Of a stretch of 64,000 bases of DNA, positions 1 through 8,288 are shown one piece after another; position 1 is the first letter of the stretch, and each line of letters begins with the position of its first letter. The notes below the pieces were generated by a model. The model did not search any database. It was not told the origin of the DNA and was given only the letters and a program-made list of their open reading frames with translations. A program made the translations under genes and the position numbers. The DNA lies in NCBI GenBank assembly GCA_001001485.1, contig LCKO01000006.1, forward strand, positions 4,350 through 68,349, written 5' to 3'. Source of the DNA: Candidatus Collierbacteria bacterium GW2011_GWB2_45_17 (GTDB taxonomy: Bacteria; Patescibacteriota; Microgenomatia; UBA1400; MFAQ01).

Positions 1-468
1 ACTTTTTTAAACAGTGTCGACCGCTCCTACTACACAGAATTGATCGCCAACACCCTCCGCTCCCCTTCCTACCTTTCACTCGAGTACGTTTTGGCCAAAT
101 CCGGCCTCATCCCCGAAGGAGTCTTTGCTCTAGAATCTATTACTCTCAAATCGTCACGAGCCTACACTAACTTGCTCGGTCATTTTTCTTATCACAGCCT
201 CAAGCCCTCGCTCTTTACCGGCTACCACCAAATCACCTGGGACGACAAAGTTGTTCTCGAGGCGACCAGCGCCAAGGCCTTGTTTGATTGGCTCTATCTC
301 AAAAAAATGCTCGATGTTCGTGCTGAACTGACCCACGATCTGCGTCTTAACTGGGGTTATTTCTCATCTGCTGATTATCGCGAGTTTACCCAGTATGTTG
401 ACCTTTCCCACTCTCCAAAAATGCAGCAAATTAGTCGAATTATTCAAGAACTCTATGCTCATTCATGA
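1..468 (+). CDS. AbiEi-like antitoxin, C-terminal part (5' end outside window; apparent TTG at 40 is only the first in-window start)
   Basis: Frame is open from position 1 with no upstream stop. It overlaps the start of the downstream DUF1814/AbiEii-like gene by 74 nt, as AbiEi/AbiEii pairs do. The call rests on this genetic context more than on motifs. Confidence 0.35.
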   Translation, partial: TFLNSVDRSYYTELIANTLRSPSYLSLEYVLAKSGLIPEGVFALESITLKSSRAYTNLLGHFSYHSLKPSLFTGYHQITWDDKVVLEATSAKALFDWLYLKKMLDVRAELTHDLRLNWGYFSSADYREFTQYVDLSHSPKMQQISRIIQELYAHS

Positions 469-1288
469 TTTAAAATCGGTCTATCTATCAAATAAGCAGG
501 CGCACCCGGGATATTTGCGCAATCTCCTCAAAGAACGCTTGCAGTTCTACGTCCTCCAATTTGTAAGCGTTTCACCCTGGTCGCAGTCACTCATTTTCAA
601 AGGGGGGACATGTCTGCGCTTTTTCTTTGACTTGCCCCGCCTCTCCGAAGACCTAGATTTTGATGTTCAGGATGAGGCAAATTTCCAGATGTCTTCCTTT
701 GTCGAGGCCATTAGAAAACATTTTGTCTCTACGCTTCAATTTACCGAGCTTACGACCAAAATCGCGGGTAACGGCCGCACCCTCTACCTCAAATTTCCCA
801 TTCTAGATCAACTCGGCCTGAAACTTACGCCGTCGGACAGCCAGATTTTATTTATTCGGCTCGATTTTTCTCCGGCTATTGGGCATTCCTACGCTGTCGA
901 GCTAGCTACCAAATCCACCCTTAATTTTTCCTTTATCATCCAGCGCTATTCTCTCCCCGACCTCATGGCTGGCAAAATTGCCGCCATCATCAAGCGGGAA
1001 ACTCTGGAAGGTACCATAAAACAACCACGCATCAAGGGCCGTGATTATTACGATCTCGTTTGGTATCTCGAAAAAAATATTCGGCCTAATTGGTCATACG
1101 TCAAAGATTTAGTTGGGCTCTCCAAAACCGATGTTCTAAAACTCCTCCTACAAAAGATCAAGGTCATCGACCCCGCCCAGCTCAAAGCCGACATTGCCCC
1201 CTTTTTCCCCGATCCTCAATTTGTCACCTCTTTCAGTCAAAACATTCACGCGCTTTTTACCAGTCACTTTAAGAATCTAAAGGATTAG
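395..1288 (+). CDS. AbiEii/AbiGii-type nucleotidyltransferase toxin (DUF1814 family)
   Basis: 297 aa. The motif 'FKGGTCLRFFFDLPRLSEDLDFDV' matches the DUF1814 'KGGTAL…R.SEDiDf' nucleotidyltransferase signature. It overlaps the upstream partial ORF. Confidence 0.7.
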   Translation: MLTFPTLQKCSKLVELFKNSMLIHDLKSVYLSNKQAHPGYLRNLLKERLQFYVLQFVSVSPWSQSLIFKGGTCLRFFFDLPRLSEDLDFDVQDEANFQMSSFVEAIRKHFVSTLQFTELTTKIAGNGRTLYLKFPILDQLGLKLTPSDSQILFIRLDFSPAIGHSYAVELATKSTLNFSFIIQRYSLPDLMAGKIAAIIKRETLEGTIKQPRIKGRDYYDLVWYLEKNIRPNWSYVKDLVGLSKTDVLKLLLQKIKVIDPAQLKADIAPFFPDPQFVTSFSQNIHALFTSHFKNLKD

Positions 1289-1297
1289 GCATGGATG

Positions 1298-2878
1298 TTA
1301 GGCGTTTTCGCCATGTTGGCCCAGCTGTTTGGGTGAGAAGTCCATCATATGGCCCAGGAAACGCCAGCCGGCCATGAAGAGGAATTTGATGTCGTCCAGA
1401 TGCCTGATTTCCTTTACCTTACGAAGCATGAATTTGGGGCTTAAGAAGGATTTATAAAGATCTTGGGTGAGTTCCAAGACTTGTTTCTCCGTCAGAGGGG
1501 ATTTCATGACCGGCTTGCGCATGTCGTAGTCATCGTAGTCCTCGGAGAGAAGCCATCCTTCCTTCTTGCACTCTTTCCAAAGAGGCGTTCCCGGGTAAGG
1601 AATAACCACGGTGGCTTGGAGAGTGTCGACAAAACCCTTATCAAAACATTTCTTGGCCAGATCGACCGTTTTCCTGGCGTCTTCGTAAGTTTCCCAAGGA
1701 TAGCCCATCATGATGGTCAAGTGAGGATCCAGACCGCCCTTCTTGGCCATGCGGACACCTTCTTCGATCTGGTCAACCTTGACACCCTTATCCAGGTGAT
1801 CTAAGGTGTATTGATTGGCGGACTCCATACCGTAGAGAATGAAACGGAAGTTGGCTTTTCCCATTAGATCATAATGTTCTTGTTTGAGGGCGTTAAGGCG
1901 CATGTTACAACCAAAAACAACTTTTTTATGATAGCCGGAATCAATTAACAAATTACAAAAATCAATTAGCGGTTTACCGATCATAAAAGTGCCGGCATCG
2001 TCGAAGATTTCTTTGACGTGGTACTTATCGACGACGTGCTTGACTTCGTCAAATAGTCTTTGGGCCGTAAATCGGCGGTAGGAGCCGATGGGATTGATGG
2101 TATGGTCCCAGACACAGAAGGTACAGCGATTCCACCAGCAGTCGCGACCGGAGTACATGTAGGTGGCCGGGGTGTATTTGTAGTTACCGTTGTAGACGGC
2201 ATAGAGTTCCCACTTAGTAAGGTCTCGATCCACAAAAGGAAGAGTGTTCAGATCGTGTCCGATACTGGGTTTACCGGAATTGGCATAAACTGACGTTCCC
2301 TTTCTTTTGATGGTTTCGACCGGTTTTTGTTTAATTCTCTTATCCCCGATTCTCCACCAGACGCCACCTTCCAGCTCGGCGCCTTTGGATAAGTGATCCA
2401 GCAAATTGACGATAACAAAGTCGTAGTCACCTCCGGTGATGAGGTAGTCTACATTACTATTGTCCATCATTTCTTCCGGAGCAAAAGTGACATGATCCCC
2501 TACCCAGACGAGAAGGAGTTTGGGGAGCTCCTTTTTGAGGATCTTGGTCAGTTGCCAGTGTTTTTTGACGATCGGGGATTTGGTCTCGACCATGAGGACA
2601 TCAGGCTTGAACCTCTTAATTTCTTTTAGCCACTGCTCAAAAGTTTGTTCCTCCGCGATGCCATCCATCCATTTCACCTGGTAGCCATGAGCCTTCGCAT
2701 TGGAGGCGGCATAAGCCGGAACCATGGGGTAGATGAAGGTCTTGGCGTTGAAGTACTGAAACTGACGATTTTGGGAGAGTAACATGATCCCTTTGTCTGA
2801 GGGAGTGGGTGGATAACCGACAACAAGCCTTAAAGAGTGTTTGGTGCGGGGTGGTTGGTGCGAAGTGTTTTTAATCAT
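1298..2878 (-). CDS. B12-binding-domain radical SAM protein (class B-like)
   Basis: 526 aa. The N-terminus is a Rossmann-like B12-binding region ('PMVPAYAASNAKAHGYQVKWMDG…KPDVLMVETK'). A cysteine triad 'CWWNRCTFC' (Cx4Cx2C) follows ~110 residues later, as in a radical-SAM core. Confidence 0.65.
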   Translation of the reverse strand: MIKNTSHQPPRTKHSLRLVVGYPPTPSDKGIMLLSQNRQFQYFNAKTFIYPMVPAYAASNAKAHGYQVKWMDGIAEEQTFEQWLKEIKRFKPDVLMVETKSPIVKKHWQLTKILKKELPKLLLVWVGDHVTFAPEEMMDNSNVDYLITGGDYDFVIVNLLDHLSKGAELEGGVWWRIGDKRIKQKPVETIKRKGTSVYANSGKPSIGHDLNTLPFVDRDLTKWELYAVYNGNYKYTPATYMYSGRDCWWNRCTFCVWDHTINPIGSYRRFTAQRLFDEVKHVVDKYHVKEIFDDAGTFMIGKPLIDFCNLLIDSGYHKKVVFGCNMRLNALKQEHYDLMGKANFRFILYGMESANQYTLDHLDKGVKVDQIEEGVRMAKKGGLDPHLTIMMGYPWETYEDARKTVDLAKKCFDKGFVDTLQATVVIPYPGTPLWKECKKEGWLLSEDYDDYDMRKPVMKSPLTEKQVLELTQDLYKSFLSPKFMLRKVKEIRHLDDIKFLFMAGWRFLGHMMDFSPKQLGQHGENA

Positions 2879-3230
2879 GATTTTTTAAATATTTTATTAA
2901 AGCGTTGATGGAAATTATCAGTTTTTCGTATTTTGACTTGATAATTTCATAATCAGCGAGATCAATGTATTTTAGTTTACTGCATATTCGCAACAAAACT
3001 ATTGTCTCCCCTATTGAGCCCCTTGAAATAACAAGAAAGTGTCTGAAATCTTTATGTGTGTCTCTGTAAAAACCCTCGGCGATATTGGCACAGACTGAGA
3101 CTGTTGCTCTAGATATTTGAGATGATAGCCCAAATTTTTCCACCGCGGGTAGGCTCTTGATTACCGAGTATATCTGCAAAGTAATTTCTTCTGCTTCATT
3201 AAGAATTTTGATATCTTCTAAGGTTTTCAT
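2871..3230 (-). CDS. four-helix-bundle protein (TIGR02436-like, the family commonly encoded in 23S rRNA intervening sequences)
   Basis: 119 aa. Characteristic 'ANIAEGFYRDTHKDFRHFLVISRGSIGE' core. Confidence 0.8.
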   Translation of the reverse strand: MKTLEDIKILNEAEEITLQIYSVIKSLPAVEKFGLSSQISRATVSVCANIAEGFYRDTHKDFRHFLVISRGSIGETIVLLRICSKLKYIDLADYEIIKSKYEKLIISINALIKYLKNHD

Positions 3231-3266
3231 TGCACTATTAACTTTGCACTAAGCACTACGCACTAT

Positions 3267-3533
3267 TCAGGGAAAGAGTTGTTTTCCAGTTTTGTCTTTA
3301 ATTATGATAGCAAGAACGGGGCAAGAACGTGCGGCCTCCATAACAGCATCGAGAGTGTCGCCATCAGGATCGCTAATGATGGCCTTGCCATCTGAGTCTC
3401 GTAGCAAAAAGGTCAGGGGGGCGGCGATGGAACAGGGACCGGCGGAGATACATTTATCGAGATCAACGGTGATGGTGTGGCCATCTTTGCGGACGGCTTC
3501 GCTTTTTGATTCGGTGGTGGTTACCTTGGACAT
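3267..3533 (-). CDS. small mono-cluster [4Fe-4S] ferredoxin
   Basis: 88 aa. 'ITVDLDKCISAGPCSIAAP…DSDGKA…AARSCPVLAI' fits the divergent Fer4 (Cx5C…CP) ferredoxin pattern. Confidence 0.65.
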   Translation of the reverse strand: MSKVTTTESKSEAVRKDGHTITVDLDKCISAGPCSIAAPLTFLLRDSDGKAIISDPDGDTLDAVMEAARSCPVLAIIIKDKTGKQLFP

Positions 3534-3567
3534 TGGTGTTTTATTTTAGCAGGAAAAGGTTAGGTAT

Positions 3568-3608
3568 GAGATTGCCACGACCCGCCATAGCGGGCCTCGC
3601 AATGACGG
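3568..3608. repeat. module A repeat copy (divergent) within the six-frame ORF upstream of the HigB-like start
   Basis: 'gagattgccacgacccgccatagcgggcctcgcaatgacgg'. Confidence 0.65.
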
Positions 3609-3649
3609 TGATGATTGATTTCGGTTATTGTTTGGTATTAAATGGAGGT

Positions 3650-3988
3650 ATGGATAAATTTAAAGTATTCAGCTATGAAGATCGTAGCGGAAAAGATTTG
3701 ATTATCAAATCAGTTAAAAGGTTTACAAAATCTCAAAAATCAAAATATATTCGTCAAACTCTATTTCTAAGAAACTATGGTATCACTCGGAACAATCCCG
3801 TACTTAAAAAAATCGTAGGGACTCGAATGTGGGAGATGAGAAGCCTAGGAAAAGACAATCTTCGAATCTTTTGTGCTGAATACAGAGATGGTGTTGTTTT
3901 GCTACATGTTTTTATTAAAAAAACGCAAAAGACCAGTTCTGGCGACTTGTTACTTGCCCAAAGAAGACTTTCAGAACTACTTGACTGA
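3650..3988 (+). CDS. HigB-like / phage Gp49-like (RelE superfamily) toxin
   Basis: The six-frame ORF opens at 3506 inside a copy of repeat module A, but the likely start is the ATG at 3650, preceded by GGAGG. The sequence 'MDKFKVFSYEDRSGKDLI…MWEMRS…NLRIFCAEYRDGVVLLHVFIKKTQKT' fits the Gp49 family, and an XRE antitoxin gene follows immediately. Confidence 0.55.
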   Translation: MDKFKVFSYEDRSGKDLIIKSVKRFTKSQKSKYIRQTLFLRNYGITRNNPVLKKIVGTRMWEMRSLGKDNLRIFCAEYRDGVVLLHVFIKKTQKTSSGDLLLAQRRLSELLD

Positions 3989-4015
3989 ATATACCTTTTA
4001 TGGTATATTGTCTTT

Positions 4016-4303
4016 ATGAGAAACCTAAAGACAATTAATGAGTTCACCAAGGAGCTGCTTAAAGATCCCGAAGTCAAGGCTGAGTATGATAAACTCGAGC
4101 CTGAGTATCAACTCATGTGCGCAATTATTGAGGCAAGAAGAGAAAAAAGACTTAGTCAGAAGCAACTAGCCGTAAAGGCCAAGACAACCCAAGCCAAGAT
4201 TTCTATGATTGAAGCCGGTTTGTCAAACCCGACGATTCAGACAGTAAATTCAATTGCTATGGCTTTTGGGAAGAAATTGAGGATCGAATTTGTGTCTCGT
4301 TGA
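4016..4303 (+). CDS. XRE-family helix-turn-helix antitoxin (HigA-like)
   Basis: 95 aa. The HTH 'LSQKQLAVKAKTTQAKISMIEAG' starts 28 nt downstream of the toxin stop. Confidence 0.7.
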   Translation: MRNLKTINEFTKELLKDPEVKAEYDKLEPEYQLMCAIIEARREKRLSQKQLAVKAKTTQAKISMIEAGLSNPTIQTVNSIAMAFGKKLRIEFVSR

Positions 4304-4383
4304 GTAGAAGGAACACTTTCCAAAACGGAAATAGTTGGAGTAGAAAGTAATGTGCAATAATTGCACATTGTTCCAAAATGGAA

Positions 4384-5382
4384 CTATCTGGCTAACTTTT
4401 TCGTAAACAGGAAGCCTTGGAGAAAGCGAAGGCCGTACCAAAGATGGGTGATGAAGATGATTGGAATAGAGAGAAGAGATTGGAAGATGTTTTTTGAGAC
4501 GCCGGCTATCCAAATAGCATTGGCAATGAGAGATAGAAAATATCCTTTGAATAACAGCCAGCCAATCCGGTGAAAATAGTTTAATGGTGGTTGGTTTAAC
4601 CAACTAAGAAAAAGCAAGTAAAATATGCCTAGAACCAATAAGGACGGGCCAAAATAGACCAATTGAAGGGAGGTTTGGGGTAGAATTCTGGCAAAGAAGC
4701 CCCGATGAAGACCGAAGTTTCCATTTTGCCTAAGATGAGGGAACAAAATAGGTCGACGGTGATGGTAGACCAAGACTTGGGGATCGTATATAATTTTTTT
4801 ACCTAGTCTGTGAGTGAGATCGAGACAGAGCTTGGTATCTTCACCCGGCCAGAAGTTTGAGTCAAAACCACCAACTTTTTCGAAGTCCAGTTTGCGGACG
4901 GCTAGATTCATAGAAGGATAGTCTTTGACGAATCTTTTTTGGAAAAGCAGAAATCTATATAAATAAGGGCCGGAACCGATGGGAGAGGCAGAAGCCCAAC
5001 CGGAGGCGGCTTCTTGCCAACTGACTCCTGGAGGGGTGACTCCGGGACCACCGACACCGGCAATCATTGAATCCCTAAAGTGTGGCATCATATTTTTTAG
5101 CCAGTCCGGACTAGGAAATGCATCGTCGTCGATAAAGGCCAGGATTTCTCCTTTCGCCATTTTAGCTCCCACATCTCGCTTCTCGGCCGGGCCGACGTAG
5201 TGGCCGAAGTATTTTTGACGAAGTTTTGGGTAATTTAACTCAATCTTATAATCGCAGATCAGAATAATTTCGAAGCGTCGATAGGACTGTTTTTGAATAG
5301 CATCCAAACACTCTGCCAAATATGGATTTTTCTTTTTGTAATCGACAATGATGATAGAGACAATGGGGGGGGCTTTGTTCAT
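4384..5382 (-). CDS. glycosyltransferase family 2 (GT-A) with C-terminal membrane segments
   Basis: 'VSIIIVDYKKKNPYLAECLDAIQKQSY..FEIILICD' GT2 N-terminus with a DDD/DxD region, followed by a hydrophobic C-terminus. Confidence 0.75.
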   Translation of the reverse strand: MNKAPPIVSIIIVDYKKKNPYLAECLDAIQKQSYRRFEIILICDYKIELNYPKLRQKYFGHYVGPAEKRDVGAKMAKGEILAFIDDDAFPSPDWLKNMMPHFRDSMIAGVGGPGVTPPGVSWQEAASGWASASPIGSGPYLYRFLLFQKRFVKDYPSMNLAVRKLDFEKVGGFDSNFWPGEDTKLCLDLTHRLGKKIIYDPQVLVYHHRRPILFPHLRQNGNFGLHRGFFARILPQTSLQLVYFGPSLLVLGIFYLLFLSWLNQPPLNYFHRIGWLLFKGYFLSLIANAIWIAGVSKNIFQSLLSIPIIFITHLWYGLRFLQGFLFTKKLAR

Positions 5383-5463
5383 GGGGTGATTGACTATACG
5401 TGTCTAATGGGTTATATTTCTCTTAGTTAAGGACCAGCGTGAGCGGATTGCCATGGCTGGTCT

Positions 5464-6186
5464 TTACCGTATCTTGAGCCTAAATAAATAACTTGGGTTG
5501 ATTTTTGAGGCTATTTTCCTCCTAATAAATTTGATTTTCACTCTCTGAATTGGAGTCAATTTTGCACTCGAACCCTTATTTTCATAATAAAAGCGAGAAA
5601 TCAATGCCATACTGTCCGCTAGTTCAACATCGGGATCACGATTTCCCTTTGTAACGTAACTTAATGAGGTTACGTGTTCGCGGTATGTAGGACTATTCGA
5701 TTGATGATAATGATGAGCTCTTAATAGAAAGATATCTTGGTTCGTGTCTGATTCGGCTATTATTCTTCCATATAACTTTGTCTTCGACAAATTAAGTTTG
5801 AATTTTCTTAAAAGGGATCTGTAAGAGCGATTTAAAATCGTGTTAAGTTCCCAATTTCTTTTTTGGGCATGTTCCTTATTTACTATAATTGTAACAAAAC
5901 AGATCTTTTCATCGTTAATTACATTTATCAATTCTGACCAAAAATTTGTTTCCGCAACAGGGTCTTTCAGGGAAGCAAAAGGGCCGGCTTTACGGAATAT
6001 GTCACGCCCGTGAAGGATTATTTCAGAGTCACCGAAATATTTATCTTTTATTTTTGAGAGTGATCGATAAATCTTGTTTCTTCTTGATTCCTCGATAATA
6101 ACTCCACAAAGGATAAAATATTTTGATGGATGTCCATACGAAGCCTTGCCCGATTCATCAATAGAGAGTAGTTTGTATTTGTTCAT
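5464..6186 (-). CDS. DUF3800-family protein
   Basis: The N-terminus 'YKLLSIDESGKAS…YFILCGVII' matches the DUF3800 'iDESG' signature. Confidence 0.55.
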   Translation of the reverse strand: MNKYKLLSIDESGKASYGHPSKYFILCGVIIEESRRNKIYRSLSKIKDKYFGDSEIILHGRDIFRKAGPFASLKDPVAETNFWSELINVINDEKICFVTIIVNKEHAQKRNWELNTILNRSYRSLLRKFKLNLSKTKLYGRIIAESDTNQDIFLLRAHHYHQSNSPTYREHVTSLSYVTKGNRDPDVELADSMALISRFYYENKGSSAKLTPIQRVKIKFIRRKIASKINPSYLFRLKIR

Positions 6187-7007
6187 TTATAGCGGAGTTT
6201 GAGATGGGGGTCACCCTCCCAGTGGTCGGATCCATCATCGTCGTAGTAGTGAAGAATATAAGTGCGGTAAATAATGGCTAGGTAATCGATAAAGAAATTT
6301 TGAACCGAAGAAAGTCCAACATTGCTCATAAAATTGCTGGAAATCTCGACTGGTGATTCATAGATCCGCTTAAAACCAACCCTGTTCGCGATGGTGAGCA
6401 TCTCGAGGTCAAAAGCCCAACGCTTGACGATCATCCTGGGGAGGACTTTGACCAGGACGGATCGTTTAAAAACTTTGAGGCCGGTTTGAGTATCTGAAAC
6501 ATTCAAACCAAAAAAGAATCTGGTGGCTCTTTGAACGATATGCGAGAGAATTTTCCTCTGCCAAGGATACTTGACCTTGCTGGCGTGATGCCGCTTACTT
6601 CCGATGATAATATCGGCATCGTACCACTTCATGTGTTCGAGAGCCAAACCAATACCTTTGGCATTGAGGTCTGAACCGGCATCAATAAAAGCGATTATTC
6701 CCCCCTTGGCTCTCGCCATACCAAAACGAACCGCATAACCCTTACCTTTGTTTTGTTTATATGAATAAACCTTGATATCTTGCCGACGCGTTTTTTTGGC
6801 TAGATGATAGGTTTTGTCCCGAGGTGATATACGACCATCAACCACGCAGAGAATCTCGTAGGGGCGATTTAATTGACTCAGGTAGTACTTAATTACAGTA
6901 AGATCGGTGACGATGGTTTTGCAGTTATAGGCAGGAACAATCACCGAAAGAAGCGAAGGATCAACTTTTCCGATTTTTATCTTTTTTCTTTTGGTGACCT
7001 TAGGCAT
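6183..7007 (-). CDS. glycosyltransferase family 2 (polyprenyl-phosphate sugar transferase-like)
   Basis: 'LSVIVPAYNCKTIV…YEILCVVDG' GT2 signature. 4-bp overlap with the downstream gene. Confidence 0.75.
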   Translation of the reverse strand: MPKVTKRKKIKIGKVDPSLLSVIVPAYNCKTIVTDLTVIKYYLSQLNRPYEILCVVDGRISPRDKTYHLAKKTRRQDIKVYSYKQNKGKGYAVRFGMARAKGGIIAFIDAGSDLNAKGIGLALEHMKWYDADIIIGSKRHHASKVKYPWQRKILSHIVQRATRFFFGLNVSDTQTGLKVFKRSVLVKVLPRMIVKRWAFDLEMLTIANRVGFKRIYESPVEISSNFMSNVGLSSVQNFFIDYLAIIYRTYILHYYDDDGSDHWEGDPHLKLRYK

Positions 7008-7031
7008 GAAAGAATTTTACATCCAATAAAG

Positions 7032-8288
7032 TTATTTTGAATGGGGAGTTTGCCGACGGTAAAAATACACGAGCAGGGACAGGACCAAAAGGAAGTGAAT
7101 CGTAAGGTTCGACCAGATAATGCCGGAAAGGGAGGTACGGTTCATATATAAGAGCACTGGCTGAACGATGGTGGCTATCAGGAGCAGGTAGTTCGCCTGA
7201 GGGCGGCCCGTGGCCATGAGGAAAGAAAGGATAAACTGACTGAGAGCAAAGAAGACCATGGAAAATGCGAACAACCACAGATAAGGGGTGATGGCTAAGT
7301 ATTGGGATCCGGAAAGTATCCTGACAATGAAAGCCGGAAAAAGACTAAAAATACCGGCGCCTATGATCCCTAGAGCAAGGATTAGAACACCAAGCTTAAC
7401 CAAGACCGATTTGGCGGAGCCGGTGGCGGTATGACGATGGGTGGCAATGGGGAGGGTGAGAGCGATGAGAGGTGTAAGACCAAAAAGAATCATTCTGCCA
7501 AGAATGGACAGAGCGGAGTAGAGACCGGAGAAGTAAGAATCCGAAAAGGCTCTGACGACCAAAATATCGGTGGAGATGAGAGAAAGAGTACCTAGGGCAA
7601 AGAGGAAACTAAAACCGGTAAATCCTCCGAGTGAAAACCGTGGTGCTTTTTTGACTGTTAGGCGGGGAAAAATAGAGGGCCGGATCCTCCAAAAAATAAT
7701 GAGGGTGCCAATGATACTCGCGATCAGTTGACCAAGAACTGCCCCCGTAGCACCCAGGCCAAGACGGATAAGGAGAATGGATAAAACAATCGATAGAAAA
7801 ATACCGACAAAGCCGACGAGAGAGATAAAAATAAATTTCTGGAAAGCGGTAATGTAGGAAGTAACAATGGTTTGAAAAAGAGAGACAAACATACTAAGAC
7901 CAAGTACCACAAAGGCAGTGGGGTGAGCTTTGAACAAGACTGATAACGGACCGGCAAAGAAAATGAGAGCCAGGCCAAGGGTGACAGTAATGGGACTAAG
8001 AGTCTTCAAGAGATAGTAGAAGAATAGATTGGTAGAGACAGAGTCATCTTTCGCCTTGAAATCGGTGACGAACTTGGTGACCACGGTGGCGACGGTACCC
8101 ATGGGAATACTTAGGATATAGATTAGAGATAGATAAGACAAAAACTCCCCGTACTCGGCCGGGACAAGGAACCTCAGTAAAATCAGATGAAACAAATAGC
8201 GAAAAATGTTTTGGGTGAAGCTCGCCACGTAAAAGACCATAGTGCTTTTGGCTGTGGGAGTGGAGAGAGAATTGAATATTCGTTTCAT
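7032..8288 (-). CDS. oligosaccharide/polysaccharide flippase (Wzx/MOP superfamily)
   Basis: 418 aa with about 12 predicted TM helices. The N-terminal 'FRYLFHLILLRFLVPAEYGEF' is typical of polysaccharide biosynthesis (flippase) proteins. Confidence 0.6.
   Translation of the reverse strand: MKRIFNSLSTPTAKSTMVFYVASFTQNIFRYLFHLILLRFLVPAEYGEFLSYLSLIYILSIPMGTVATVVTKFVTDFKAKDDSVSTNLFFYYLLKTLSPITVTLGLALIFFAGPLSVLFKAHPTAFVVLGLSMFVSLFQTIVTSYITAFQKFIFISLVGFVGIFLSIVLSILLIRLGLGATGAVLGQLIASIIGTLIIFWRIRPSIFPRLTVKKAPRFSLGGFTGFSFLFALGTLSLISTDILVVRAFSDSYFSGLYSALSILGRMILFGLTPLIALTLPIATHRHTATGSAKSVLVKLGVLILALGIIGAGIFSLFPAFIVRILSGSQYLAITPYLWLFAFSMVFFALSQFILSFLMATGRPQANYLLLIATIVQPVLLYMNRTSLSGIIWSNLTIHFLLVLSLLVYFYRRQTPHSK

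Noticed and set aside
1463-2629. Several 60-113 aa ORFs on the strand opposite the radical-SAM gene (1463..1804, 1981..2235, 2060..2293, 2248..2430, 2393..2629)
   Set aside because: They are entirely nested inside a well-supported long CDS. They are low-complexity shadow ORFs with no start context.
2871-3230. 23S rRNA gene expected around the four-helix-bundle genes (IVS context)
   Set aside because: No rRNA-like conserved sequence flanks either copy. Both are embedded between protein-coding genes.
5383-5463. Weak module A similarity ('gagcggattgccatggctggtc') in the spacer upstream of the GT2 gene
   Set aside because: Only a 9-nt match to the 5' arm. It lacks the conserved 'ctcctcgcaatgac' 3' arm.
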